Assembly: GCA_013265495.1 (NCBI GenBank)
Contig: MU057989.1
Location: 1,629,513-1,693,512, forward strand
Reading direction: 5' to 3'
DNA length: 64,000 bases
DNA from: Vicugna vicugna
Taxonomy: Eukaryota
A program made the translations under genes and the position numbers. The notes under the pieces are model-generated. The model saw only the letters and a list, made by a program, of their open reading frames with translations, was not told the origin of the DNA and did not search any database. Below are positions 12,870-28,129 of this stretch, in pieces. Numbering within the stretch: position 1 is the first letter of the stretch; each line of letters starts with the position of its first letter.

Positions 12870-13516
12870 CGAAGCGCCGCGGTCTGAGGCGGCGGTGATG
12901 GTGCGGCGGGCCGAGTGAGCGAAGGAGTCGGTCCTGCGGCCCGCCCCGCCCCCGGACCCTGGTCTCCAGCCCCCTCCCTCTCGGCGCTTCGGTTACGGCG
13001 GTTAGTGCCGCGCGGGCCCCGGGGCTGACGGCGTCGCCGCGCCGGCAGCTGCCCTGACGGACCTCGGCGCGGCCTGGAAGCCAGCCTCCGCCCGCGCCCG
13101 GGGCCCCGCGTTCGGCGGGCTGTGCGTGGCCGCGCCCGGGGGGCGAACAGGTCCTTCGGAGCGCGCTTTCTAACGGCCGGCGTCCGTGGAGCGGCTCTGA
13201 GCCTGCGTCCGCCCCGCAAGTTCTCCCGGGGTGCAGTGCTGCTCGCCCCGAGGTCCCGAGTTGCCCGGCGGACGTGGAGCCGGCGTCTCTCCACTTCCTC
13301 CTGGGTCCGCGCGGCGGCACGGCCGGCGAGGCTTCCCCGGGCGCGCGGGGACCCGGCCATGGGCCGCGGGGTGGCTCGGCTGCCCGCCGGGAGGCATGGC
13401 TCGGGGGCCGGCTGCTAGCAGCGCCGCAGCCCGGGCTCCCGGGCCGGCATGAGGACGGCCACGGGGGAACGAGTGCGGCCCGCGGGACCGTAGCCTGCGT
13501 CGCGCCGGGGACAAAG
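12870..13516 (+). other. UBN1: Probable UBN1 non-coding first exon (5' boundary uncertain)
   Basis: AAAG|gtgcgt donor at 13516/13517 at the CpG island edge; a second possible donor GA|gtgagc near 12914. Confidence 0.6.
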
Positions 13517-14099
13517 GTGCGTGTCTTAGTCGGGACCGGGCTCTTCGCGTAAGCCTTGTTGTAGTTTGACACTTTTAGGGAAGTTGGGAGCAGACTGTTG
13601 TGACAACAGGAAGGCAGATGCCGGGCATAGTTTCAGTACGTTAAAACTAAAACCATTGAATGGGGAACTGTGAACAGTAGTTCAGCACAGCGTCTCCCTA
13701 AACTTCAGTATCTCAGGTAGAAAATGAAAAAATGTGAAGGTCCCAGTTGTAGACAAAGAGTCTTAAGTCAATTATTGACTTGACTTAGAACCGGGCTCTT
13801 GAGTCATCGCCTGCTTGAAAAGGTAGCAGGTGCACACGCATCTCCCATAGGCGTTTTGTTATTTGGAGACTTGTAAGCGTGTTTTTAGCGACCTGGCTTG
13901 TCCGCAGCCTGATTTTTCTTTGGAGTTCAGTTTCCCCAAAGTACACTTAGCTAGTTTCAGAAACTGTCATCTACTGTTTTGTGTTGTTTTGAAGATGAAC
14001 TGATCATTTAAAGCATATTTAAGTTTCCAGGAAGTAATCAAATTCAACACACTGTCCTAACTTAAAAACTCTTTATTTTTGAGAAATTAAAAGGTATTT

Positions 14100-16370
14100 T
14101 AAGGGTTTCATAAAATATATGAATCTTAAATCAACATCACACTGGACCTGGGGACGTTCCCGTTAGTCAGGAACATGGCAAAGAATATATTGTCTGATTA
14201 TTATTTTGGTAGTTCTAGCCAATGTAATAGGCTATGAAACAAAAATAAAACATAATTTTTCATAAGGGAGGGGCAAAATTCTCATTTCTGTGGATAATAA
14301 GACAGACTATTTTGAAAAAGGTAAGAGAAAACTATTAAAGTAAGAGTTTATTGAAGAGACTAATTACAAAATCAGCATATAAAATTGTTAGTGTTCCTAC
14401 ATTTCACCAGTTTGAAAATATGATAAGGAGGGTGCATAACAACAAACAAATACCACTCCTGGGAATAATCTGACATACAACAGGAGGCTAGTATTTCTTG
14501 GATAACATCGGTTTAAGTTTTTTACGTAGGATGCTTTTGTTTGTAGAATACTGTGCTTTTATTTAGAATAGTGTTCAGCTCATTAAAATTGAGTATTTAA
14601 ATGCTTAGCTTTTTAAAGCTTTTTTTAGCTTTATTGACAAACCTTGTTTTATTTATAAATCTAAGAATGTTTACATAAAAATTAATATATTTGATTTTTG
14701 ACAATTTCAATTAAGGCATCAGTTTAACAGATTAAATTCCCCTAAACGATGAACTCTTTTTATGAAATTTAATTCCCTTAAATATTTTAACATGCATTTT
14801 AAGTTTATATGCTTGTTCTCTCAAATACTTCAAAATTCTAAAACAGTGAACTTGTAAACTTTAAAGTAAAATCTTTCCATGAACTTAACTCTTGTTAAGT
14901 CTGATAAATATGTAAATGTTAGGTCTTTTAAAAGCACACTTTCAAATTTAGTTATATTTCCTTAAGCATTGTAAGTAATATTCACTAATATGTCTGATTC
15001 TCTCAAATGTTTCAAATGACTTAGTACCAGTCAACCGCAATTATCATGATGACTATAAAACTTAATTCAAAATCTAAGTGTTAATATGCTATAGGTTTGA
15101 TTTACTTGTTTTCTAGCCTTTATTTCTATAATTTCTCAGGCCTGCAAAGTCACTCACACAACCGAGAGAAGCATTTTTACCATCTAGGTGGATTGAAGTT
15201 ACACTATCTAAAATTTGGGCCAAGATAAGGTTGCATTTTAAAATTACTGCCTGAACAGGGCAGGGACCTATTGTCCACTTCCAAGATGACCTTCCTGCAT
15301 CCCATCGGTTGGTTAACTTGTAGAGTCTCTTCTTATAGTGAGACTTCGCCTTCTTTTATAAATGCCTTCACCTTTCAGCCGGCATTTATTTTCACAACCC
15401 AGTGCATCACAGATGTGTCTGGGGGCCTTGAAAATTTCTTTTAGGAGAATTTCTTTAGCCATATTAGTGCATGATGGTCTTTTGCACCACCAACCTGTTT
15501 TGCTGCCAGTTGCTTTCCTTCCTAATTAGAATTAACTCTTCATTTTTAGATATTTTATTCCCCTACCTAGTCTTAGAGATTACAAATCTTCTGGTTGTAA
15601 TAGGAAGAGTCAATATTACTTGTATATGAATACACATAATGTATGTGGATATATAGAACATATGTAAACCTTCCTGAAGTAATTCACACTTATGATTCAT
15701 TTATAATCAAAATATAGTGTGATTTTTGGGGGAACTAGTCAAAATTATTTTAAAATTGATATGAAATAATAAATAGACTAGAACAGCCAAGTGTTACTGG
15801 TATTACTTTTAAAAGAAAAAGAATAAAGATGAATCTTTAAGTTATTAAAATATAATCATAGAATTTTTCAAAATTATGTTGTACTGGTTAAGGAGTCTAG
15901 ATACTGAATTGGTATAGTGGGATAGATTTCAGAAATAGACCTTATGGTATATAGGACTTGTGCCAAATCAGCAGGGAAAAGAGGGATTATTTGGTGATTT
16001 TGATGCTGGGAAGAAACCAGATTAGAGCCTCACCTCTCACCTTACAGTAAATTCAACTTGGGTTAAAGAGTTCGATGTGAAAAATGTGTCTGTAAAATAA
16101 GAATGGATAAACTCTTCTACAAGAATTATTTGGTTGGAGGAGGAGATTTTAGGCATAAAAGAAATGGAAGAAGCCATAAGGGAAAAGAGCCTAGTTTTAA
16201 CTGCATAAAAAGTTAAAATTTCTTCTTTCATCATACCTCACTCTATGTAAAATTAAACAGTAAATAACAAAGCAGAAAAAAAAGAGGTATGAGAGGTGTT
16301 ACATATTTATCATCCATGTTACATATCTGTAATATATTAAAAGCCCTTACAAATCAATAAAAAAAGCTGT
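14100..16370 (+). mobile_element. AT-rich region with very degraded L1 (L1ME/MC-like) fragments
   Basis: L1-like motifs at 14150-14470 and 15690-16370; the middle part cannot be assigned. Confidence 0.5.
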
Positions 16371-17298
16371 ATTTTTCAACTATTCCCTTAATGCTGGACT
16401 CCAGGTTGTTTCTGTCATTTTTCATATATAAACAAGACTGTAATGACATACAATTCTTTGTAAATTGAAGAATGTTTATAAATAATATTTTTATTGATGT
16501 GATAGAATGTGAGTTTTAAAAGGCAGGACACCGAGTTAACATATGAAGCACGCACAGTACATACAGTGTGATTTACATATTTCTATTTTGTAAACCCTTG
16601 GAATTCTGGAGTTCACAATATACTTTCACCGTTTCCAAGCAACTTTGAAGGTCTTTGGCGTGTGATAATTTGTCACTTTGCTGAGGCCCAAGTTTGGGTG
16701 GTGAGAGGCTGGTGTTATAGGAAGTGAGCCCCAGAAGCCCCGAGACACTGGTCTTACTTACCCCTGAGTAGGCAGTACCTCTGTAAACTGATAAAAACTT
16801 TGTCATTGTGAAGAATGGCCCTACATGAAAGTAAACTGCTGGTAATGAAAATAAAGAAGTTTTAAGAAAGATTATTCTCAGCAAGAAGAAAAAAAAGGTG
16901 TTGGATAAATTAAAAGAAAAAAACCCCAATATTCTCGAGGATTCTTTGCAATTCTGAGGATTCTTTCAGACTCTGTCAGCATAGGTTCTCTAATGTCAAG
17001 GATCTAGTGGATGTGCATAGAAAAAAGACTGGAAAGAAGCATGCTAAACAGTGATTATCTCTGGATGATAGGATTTGGGGTGCTTTTCATATCTATATGA
17101 AAATTTTTATGTATAAGATAAATAGTATTTATCAGTAAATGGTAATTAAGATAAATTTAATAATGATTCTTCTTGACAGTGAAATTCTTTTTGACTTAAA
17201 TCTGTATAACTGAACAGAAAAAAGTCATTTTTACCATCTTGCTCTGACCTGGCTCTTCTTTTCAATGTTAACAGAAGCCATGCAGTGACACCTGCTAA

Positions 17299-17598
<300 letters not shown>

Positions 17599-20560
17599 TA
17601 ACACTCAGGGCAGTGCGTGCGAATGGGGCTTCCAGAGGGTGGAAGGAAGCAACGCTGGAGAGGCTTTGGCCTTCTGCACAAAGCAGGCACAAGGTTTGCT
17701 GGGTTTTGCCTCTGGCAGAAAGGGATAGAATTCTTTTTAGAACCATTTTCCTGCTTTATGCTAGAGAAAATATGTGATTTGAATTATGGCTGATTAATAT
17801 GAATAAACAACAAATTTTTCATGCCAAGGCTATAAATGTTACGTGTAAATGTGACCCAGCCCCTGGCTTTTCGGTGCTGGAGTTTCATGCTGGGCATTTC
17901 GATCTTCTCAGGGAATCTCACTCAGCCTAATATAAGGACAGACAAGAAAGGACATGACTGCTCATTTCATCTAAACACAGTAATCTGTATAGCTTCTTTA
18001 CCTGGATGAATAGAAACCTATTTTTGTGGGTTTTGTTTTTTGGAGTTTTTTTTGTTTTTTTTATTTGGTACCAGAATTGAATTGTAGCCTTTAGGGCTTT
18101 TGAGAATCAGTTTGATTCTTTAAATGTGTTTTAAATTATCTATTTATTTTCCTGGCAGATTGGTTTTACTTTTTTTAGTGTGGAACTTCTCAAACTGGTA
18201 CAGAGTAGGGAGAACAGCATAATAAGCCCCCAGGTACCCATCACCCAGCTTTAGTTATTACTGATGTTTCAGCAACTCATTAACATTGTAAAAATTTTTT
18301 TATAAACTTTTTAACTGAATTGTATACATAAGAAAAGTGCACGTATGATAAATACACAACTTGATGGATTTTCACAAACACACAGTCATGTAACCTGCAC
18401 CTTGATTACAAAATACAGCATTTTCCAGGGTACCAGAAACCCTCCTCCGGCCCTCCCAAAATACTACCTTGGCTCTCAGTTGTAACCACTGCCCTGATTT
18501 GTAACAGCTTAGATCAGTTTTTCATGTTACTGTATTTCATATAAATGCACTAGCCTAGCCTGAGAGGGAAAGGTTAGTAAGGGCCTGCACCTGCAGCATT
18601 TTTACCTGTAGAGTGGCTCCTAGTGCAGTGGGATTAGACGAGTACTTGGCTCGCAGCATGTCTGAGGGTAGATGAGCTCACGCAGGTGCAGTTTCCGGCA
18701 GATTGCCTCAGTGGCCAGTGCTCCTTCAGTCTAATCCATGAGTGTGCTGTGTGGGGTGAGTGCCTTTGGTTAGAAGGATTATACACTTTTCTTTATTCAG
18801 ATAAAAATGTGTTTCCTTGATAAAGATCTGATTGGCTGAATGGAAGCCAAATGAGTCTGTGCCAAGGGTCAGCCTGTTGTATGATGGCCAGTGGGCGGGG
18901 TGAGAAAAAGACATTTCAGATCCACTCACAAATGCTTTTCCAAAGTAGGAATAGTATCTTCTTTCTTGAGAGGAAGAGGAAGTAGCAGAGATGGGTTAAA
19001 GTGCTTATTTATGGGCTCAAACCAAATCAGTAGATTAATTGAAATTAGAACCCCAGTGCTCTGATTTCACCAGTTTTGGGGTTCAGATGCCCTCCTTGAT
19101 TTCAGAAAAATGCATGGGGCCTACACAGAATACTTTGGATCCAGTTTCAGGGGATTCACTCCTGGCTTTCAGGTTCAGAACTCCTGGCTCATCATGTCTA
19201 CTCTGCAGTGTTCAAAGCACAATGTAATCTGACACATTCATGTATTAACTCATTAAGCATGTCTTTCTCACAATGTGAAGGCTCTGTGCTGAGGACTGTA
19301 TAAAGGTGGTGAAGCTGCCGTGCCAGCCTCAAAGGAACTCTGCGATCTTGTAGATGTTTTAGGAGAATTATACAACACAGGTAACAGGAGTTACAGCGTG
19401 GTAATTGTTTAAGTCTGGTAGAAATGTGGGTCCTGGAGGGCTTGGACAGAGAAAGCTCACGTTCTTGATGCTGTGTTGACAGAAGTGGATCCTCATACTC
19501 TCAGGAAATAGTGGATGACTACTGTTCACAGAGCATTAAGGAATGCACATTATCCAGTGCTATTCCAGATTGGTGGAATTTCCTAAAATTATTTGAACCA
19601 CTTAGATTATATGCAATCATTGTAGAGAAATTAGAATATACAGACGAGCTGTTTTAAAGACCAACCATTTATAGTATGTACATTGTATAGCATTCCATTC
19701 TACATGTATACCCTAAAGCATTTCACTGATCCTTTATGGTTGAGTGAGATTTCAGTAGGCAGAGATGGAAGTGTGGGATGAGAGAATTTTGTTTTCAAAC
19801 AAACATCCAATATTTTTTAGACTACTCCAAAGTCTTAAGTGTGTTTGATACAGGAGTCTTTTGTTAAGATTCCATGCCAAAGAAGCTTAAGATCCAACTC
19901 TGGAAAATTTACTCTATAAAAATGCAAGAGTCGGTTTATAGAGTATCAATAAACTTTGGAAAACTGCATGAAAGTATCTGGAGTGAGTATTGAGAGTGAA
20001 AGGGAAGAGATTATTGATCCTTCTATTGCTCCTTCTGTTTACCTTCTAAGGAAAGGCAATGCTATGAACTTGGGTGTGACTTTTGGTAGCACTGAGGGAG
20101 GTGCAAGTTCATACCACTCTTCTAACCAATAAGGCAGAATATTTCTCAACAACTTACCCTACGTTCTGTGGGTTCTTAATCTTTTTGAGCCATTGACTGC
20201 TTTGGAAATCTGGTGAAGCCTATGGACCCCTTCTTAGAATAATGTTTTTAAATGCGTAAGATAATTTTTAAGATTACAGAGGAAACGAGTTATAACGGAA
20301 CACAGTCTACGTGGGTTGAGCGTTCCTGACTGAAGGCCCTTTGCCCTGTCTGGGGCTCTGCAGGACCTGGCGCGACAGTGGGCGATGGTGGGCTTTAATC
20401 ACGTTCTGTTGAATCTCATGGATGGAAATTTTACTTTCTTAAACAAGTAAGGTAAACACTGATGGGAAGGTAGCATATTTCTACTTTGTCTTTTTTTGAA
20501 AAACAGTTTTTATTATGCAGTTTATAGGTGTTGAGTAGTCAGTGAAGGTACTGTGAATAG

Positions 20561-20776
<216 letters not shown>

Positions 20777-21299
20777 TAGTGGTTTATCATCTAATCAACA
20801 CTGATGTGGAAACAAGTGTAGAGCTTGGAGAGAACAGAATGTAATTATTAAACAAATACATTAAGGTACAAAAACCCATGCAGGAGCAGCTCGTGTGTGG
20901 AGCTAAGTGGATGAATAAATGAGAAGGGCTTTTACCCTTAGAATTTATTCTGAGAATAAATGTTTTAATACAGAGCATATGAAGCCATTTAGTTGTTTCT
21001 TCTGTCTTAGGCCACTTTATTCTCACTATTTACAGCTCTGTTCGATTTTAAAAGGTCTTCAAGGAAGGAGGTTTTGGGAGGGGGTGGAGTATGAGCTTGT
21101 TCCAGTGCTTTACACCCTTCAGTCACTAGCTGATGGAGTTCAAGGCAACAATTAATTCTGTGTATTGAAAGAAGCCTGTGTCCTTAGACTTAGAGATTTG
21201 TTAAAAGGGTAACTATGGTAGCAATACCTAGAGCTCATGCTTGGTAGTCTTACCATAACTACAAGAAAAAAGAAGCATATGATCTGTTTTCAATTTTAG

Positions 21300-21407
<108 letters not shown>

Positions 21408-21728
21408 TGAAGATGCCCAGTGGGAACCACTGCGACCGCCGGCCGACAGTGCCTGGAGGCTGGGGGTGGAGTCAGAGTGGACCTGCCCTTAGCTCGAGGA
21501 AGCAGCCTCACTGACGGGAGAGGAAGTGACACCTTGATCTGGGCCTTGGCTCCCGCTCTGAAAATGGTGATCAGATTTGTCCAAAACACCATCTAACTCG
21601 GACATTAGTGATAGACCAGAAGCATATCTGAGCATGCCGTCTGAAATGTGATGGAGAGACATAGTCACGGCTGCTCTGTCAAGACGAGCTCTGCACCTTT
21701 GGATGGTAGTGCCAGACCCTGGAGCTGA

Positions 21729-21929
<201 letters not shown>

Positions 21930-22565
21930 TGACCTTATAAGATCTGTAGGGGATTTGCCAGATACGTGCTGATTTAGGATGGCTCAGGAAATTGGCAGAA
22001 AGGCATGAGCCGTGCCGAGGTCGGCAGTTCCGTTCTCACGCGTGTGCCATGGCGAGGTGCCGTGAACCTGGAGGTCTCAATCATTATATCCACACTTGTG
22101 TCCCAGCAGGCTCGGCAGGGATTTGTTCTTGAGTTGGTCCCAGGGCGGGGACGAGGGCAGTGAAGGGTGTGGAGTGAGGGGAGTTTGCACCAGCCTTTTC
22201 TGCAGACACGTAGAGGACTTCAGTTCCCAGGGTTGTCACCCCAACGAAAACAAGTTAAGTTTAAGATAAGTTTATTTTGAAATCTATCTGCCACTGCCGG
22301 TGTGTTTAAACTCGAGGTAGGCCCTCATACAGCTCATTTTAAACCAGAAACAGTTCAGGTTGCAGCCTCTGTCGCCTGAGGCCCAGGTGTTCCCAGGAGC
22401 CACTGTCAGTGGGGATGCTGCACTGACCTGCAGGTCTGTGGTCCAAGGCCCGATCTGAAAGCTTTTGTTCCTGAAGGAAGTAAGACAGCTCTCAGGATGT
22501 ACCCTGGGCGGAGCAAGGCCAGTGCTGTGTAGTGCACTTGCTCCCAGAGTTAGGGAGCCGTGTAA

Positions 22566-22694
<129 letters not shown>

Positions 22695-23321
22695 TGAGAG
22701 GCAGCAGCTTCTTTGCTAGGATGAAATCTGAACTGTTAGGGCAGGACACCTGGGAGCTGACTCGCCCTCCTCCTCACAGCTTCAGAAGAGGCAGCAGGGC
22801 CTGGCCTTCCGTCCCCCTCACACCTCCCACAGTGCCATGTGGGCGACCAGTAGTCTCACGTCTCTGTGTCAGACATCTGAGTCCTCTCTGTCCCACTGTT
22901 AGTGCTGGCAGCTATTTCTGTCACTGTGATTGTCGATGTTTCTTGTTCTCTTGGGCACCCCTCCTCTGCCCCAGTTCTCCTCTGTGCTCCCCTGTGTCTT
23001 CTCTGGTCCTGCTTCTGCTGCCCCACTCAGTCTCAGCCCAGGTGCCCTTCAAGCTGCTGCCGCTCTCTTCTGCCGCTCTCTTCTGCTCCGCTTTCTCCCT
23101 TGAAATGTCTTTCTTGCCCCCGCTTTTATTTCAGCCTGGCTGTGGTTTTTAAAAACCCATCGGATATGTAGCGTTTTATAACACTGTTTTGCTAACCTGT
23201 ATTAAATCTCAAGCTTTGGTCTCAGCAAGAAGGAGCTCCACATGCCAAGAAGAGGGAGGAGGAGTAACAGGGTGGACTTGTGACTGAGGTTCCCAGACCA
23301 TTGCGTTGGGAGCAGGGCTGA

Positions 23322-23828
<507 letters not shown>

Positions 23829-26107
23829 TGACAGAGTGGCCGGGCTCTCCTGGAAACGGTTTGGGCCGATCGATGTTGGTCCTGAACCACTTGAAGCTCA
23901 CAGCCCAGAGCACCCCTTAGTGAGTGGGCAGCTCCAATGTCAGCTCTCCCAAGCTCTCTTCTCATCCCTAGTGAGGCAACAGGGTAAGCTCTGCCTGTCA
24001 GGCATATTTCTAGGCCTTTCATGGATCCTTCAGTCCTGCAAAGCTTACTTTCTTCTGGAGAGATTTTCTCTTTCCACTCTCTGCCTTTCAGAGTATATTT
24101 CCTTTTGTGTGATAGATGGACATTCAATGTTGGCAGCAGGCAGCTGAGGCAGAGATCCATCTTTTCAGTAATCTTTTGAAGGTTTTGAAAATTCATAGAA
24201 GTTTGCAGGCATATGTTACATAGGTACGGGGCATATACTTAATTGTCACTGGGTTTAGTTGCTCCCTGGATTTGCACATCACCAACCAGTGTCAGGTAGT
24301 GATTATAGGAATACTAAATTGTGATAAATAAAAGGGAGCTGAACCATAAACGCTGTCCATGCCCCATTAAAAACAATGACAGCCTTCAGAATATAGCAGA
24401 CATTGCTCCTGTGTTCCCCTCCTCTGGGGGCTGTCAATTCAGTAATACACAGATACTGACTCTGAACCAAGCACAGGTCATTCATTATGATGACAGTTAC
24501 CTCTTAGTTAAAATAACATTTTACCTTAGACACCATGACTTGTGACACAGCTCTGAGGGGGGCACGTATACCCTGTAGCTCAAGTTTTAAACCAGTGATT
24601 CTCATAGTGTTTCAGAGTCACTGTTGCATATAGTATCTCTTGTGTTTTAGCACAGGGCAAAATGTTAACCACTGCTACAAGTGATTTTCTCACTTCCCCA
24701 AAATACGTGAACACAGCACGAGTTAAATGAGACGTCTTAACTCAGATCTCTAGTCCATCCTCGGAGAACGTGCACAGCATTCTATTTGGATGTGACAATT
24801 TAAATGAATTATGCCCTGTCAGGATTCAGAGTGTGTCTGAACAGGACACTAAGGTGGAAGTAGTTTAATCTGAACTTGGCACATTTGAGCATACTGTCCT
24901 GTACTTGCTCTCAGAATTTATGTTGAAAAACATTACTCCTTGTTCTTCTCACTGCTCCGTTTGTAATCAGATTGTTTTGTAGCTTCTGAAAGCCTTGTTG
25001 AGTGAGCTAAGTGAGGTATGTGTGGCAGGAGCCATCCGGTTTTTTAGAGAAAAGACAAAAACAATTCTTGGAGGTGTCCCTGTTCCCACCAAAGGTTGTG
25101 TTCTAGTTTGATAACTTAGTCTCATTTCTTTGTCTTGAGAAAGATGGACAAATCTAGTGGAAACAAAGTTGCTTAATGTGAAAGGGCATAGGGTGGTGAG
25201 TCCAGAAAATCTCCACTTTCTGGAGTCCTTTTAGGGACACTGAGCAAGCTGTCCTTCCTCAGCGATTGCCGAGTCTTGGTTGTCTCTTGGGCATGATGGG
25301 GACTGGGTTCAGGATGCCACAGGTAAGGTAGACTTGGGGCCTGGTGAGGAGGTGGTGACCAGCAGACATTGCTGTTTTGGCTTGAAAGTAATGTTCAAGT
25401 GTGAAATTGATAGTCATCACCTTACAGGCCCTTCTCCTGTAAACAGCATGAAGAAACTCGAGAAATGGGGTAGCAAATGGGTATTACCTATCACCCCGCC
25501 AATCAGAAAACTATTTTCACTTTACATATTCATTTTTAGCCTCTGTGTATATATTTTTATGCAGTTGTAATTATAGTTGTGAATAATTGTTTCCTGCTTT
25601 TTTCACTTAATAAATATTATTGTAAAGCCCTCATTACTTTTAATGGTTGCATGAAAAAGAAGGCTTATTTTAGAAATTTACTTAATGACACTCCAAAGGA
25701 TCCCCAGCTGCTCCGTTCCCACCAGGGCCCTGCACTTGGGGCACCTGGAGCCTCCCGCATAGTGTGCACGAGGGCTCTAGGGCAGACCCCGCCCTATTGA
25801 GAATCTGCTGGGAAAGATAACCCTCCCAGGGAAAGAAATGCCTGTGTACACAAAATTGCATATGATTTCAAAAGCCATGCGTGGATGTTTGGATCCTCGA
25901 TAAGAATCCCTGTCCTAGATCTTGAACTGGACATTTCATTGCATTTTTAATATTTAAATTAAACTTGATGTATATAACTATAACATTAGCAGTGTTTATG
26001 TGTTTCTCACTTTATTTTTCACTCCTCTTCTCTTTCTGTTTTTCCGTCTTATTTCCTTTATTTTTGTAATAGTTTAGATTTTAAGTCTTGGCCCTAGATG
26101 ATACACG

Positions 26108-26570
26108 TATCAGTTTTTACTGCTGTCTAAACTGTGCCTCCCTGCCCCCTCAACTTGGTGGCTTCACACAGCACCTCGTTTATCCTGACTCTGTGGGTTG
26201 GCCAGGTGGTTTGTTTTCTGGTCCTGCTTGGGCTCTCTCTTGGGGCTGCATTCAGCTGGCAAGATGGCTGGGCACTGGGACCACCAGGATGGGACGGCCT
26301 CTCTCTCCTCCTGTCTTTCATCCTGGGTCTTTTCAGAGCTTGACGGTCTCAGGGCAACATTTCAAGAGGGCGAAGGTGGAAGCTGTAAGGCCCTCATGAT
26401 CTAGCCTTGGAAGTAGTGTGTACCACTCACTTCTGCCACTCTGTATTGGTAAATGAGTCCCCAGTGCAAACCAGATTTGAGGGCTGGGAAACTAGAGGCC
26501 ACCTCTCCTTGCAGGAATGCACGTGCTGGGAGGGGAGGAGTCTGTGGTCCTGTTTGCAGTCCGCCACAGT
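26108..26570. mobile_element. MLT1-like (ERVL-MaLR) solo LTR relic
   Basis: MLT1-like motifs (CTCTGTGGGTTGG, CACTTCTGCCAC..TATTGGT). Confidence 0.55.
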
Positions 26571-27600
26571 CCTTAAGCGGATTCTAATCTGATGTGTATT
26601 GATCTCTCAGGGAAAGAGTTTTGCTGTGGGAAGCAAAAATTAGATTTATCTTCTAACTAGATGTGATACTTAAAACTTAAAAATATATTTGAAAACTTCC
26701 ATACATTAAAGAGGTGCTCTGAGAGAGCAACCTTGGGTGCCCCAGCAGTGTGTACTGTTCTCTTCTCAGGTTAAGCTCCTCTTCCACTTCTTGCTTCCTC
26801 ATGGTGCACATTTTTATGGGCCCCAGGCAACCCGGTGCTTTGATTTGATGGCCTTTCCCTCTTTATCTTCTTTTAATGTGTGTTGATTGTGTCTTTTGTG
26901 CCTTTTGTCTCGGTTGTTGGAAAGCTCAGGTATGTCACCCCTTCAGGTTGCTGTTGTTGTGGCAGCTACTCAGCCTGCTCCATACAGATGACCCAGGCCT
27001 GTTTTGCTCCTCTTTAGTCAGACATAAAGTGGAAATGATACTAAAGACAGAAAAGAAACATCCAGCGTCACCCACCCCTCTACCTGCTCACTGCTTACCC
27101 TCCTTTACAGTTAGAACCCTATATTGCAAAACCAGGGAGACATGGATCCAAGGAGAATAAGGTAGAAAAAAACCCCAACTTGTTTGGTCTTTTTGAAAAA
27201 GAAAGTCATGCCAGATTTCATTCTATTTAGGCAAAAAGAGGTACAGTGTAAGGTTGTGATCTAGGTGCTGAAAGCCTACACGTGGCTGCTTATGATGAAT
27301 GCAACAGCTCATCAGAAGGCTACTGGGACTGTTGTAAATCAGCATGATCTGGTCAGCATGGTTTGGTTTAATGTCATATCCTGGTTAATTTAGGATTGAT
27401 TGATTCATGTAACTCTTTGGGCAAAGGTGCATCTCTTTAGGGTTGAGAGATCTCACTTCTTTCTGAAAGACTATCAAAAATATATCCTTTAATTAGATTT
27501 ATTTAAAAATGCAGCACTTGACTAATTATTTTCATTATGAAACCAGGTCCTCAGAGTTACTGGTCTGCATGATTCAATAGGCATCAGGAAAAAAAAACCG

Positions 27601-27622
27601 CACACACACACACACACACACA
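27601..27622 (+). repeat. (CA)11 microsatellite
   Basis: Direct reading. Confidence 0.9.
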
Positions 27623-28129
27623 TTTCAAAAGGCATCAAGAAAAAACAAACTTTAAAAAATTATATATCTAGAAAGCTTCTGAAATGGCTGATACCTAAAG
27701 ATAAAATTTGATTGGAAACCTAAGCTGTTGACAGGTCTGACAGTGAGGAATTTGAAATATGTATTAATTAGATTTAATTAACATGGAGGTGCTTCTGCAT
27801 CTTATAACTAGCAGTGTGTAAGCTCAAGTGAAAGAATGACTCAGTTTTGTTTTCTCATCACAACAAAAATCATAATCCCCATACATTAAGGGTGCCCCAG
27901 TGGAATTCCATATCCTCTGACTGTAGGAAGTGGCAGGTGAAGGGGTTACAATGATGCCCTTTCTTTGTTCCCTTTCCATCTGTCCATTTCACCCCCCGTC
28001 ATCTCAGGCCTCTGTGTTTGCCTCTAGCTGAGGGATCTGCAGGAATTTGAGTTTTGCGTATCCTCTGCAGGTTTTGTTTGGTACTAAGCTTTTCCTCCTC
28101 TAGTTTTCATTTTTTCAGTGGTATCTGTT

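Larger units (their letters stand above)
11950..13560. promoter_or_regulatory. CpG island, bidirectional GLYR1/UBN1 promoter
   Basis: Very GC/CpG-rich stretch around the divergent first exons; contains ATTGG x2, CACGTGAC x2, TGACGTCA, a GC box and the YY1 motif CGCCATCTT. Confidence 0.92.

Noticed and set aside
11919..13572. Multiple 100-270 aa ORFs on both strands in the CpG island
   Set aside because: Arg/Pro/Gly/Ala-rich products expected from stop-poor GC-rich DNA; no recognisable domains
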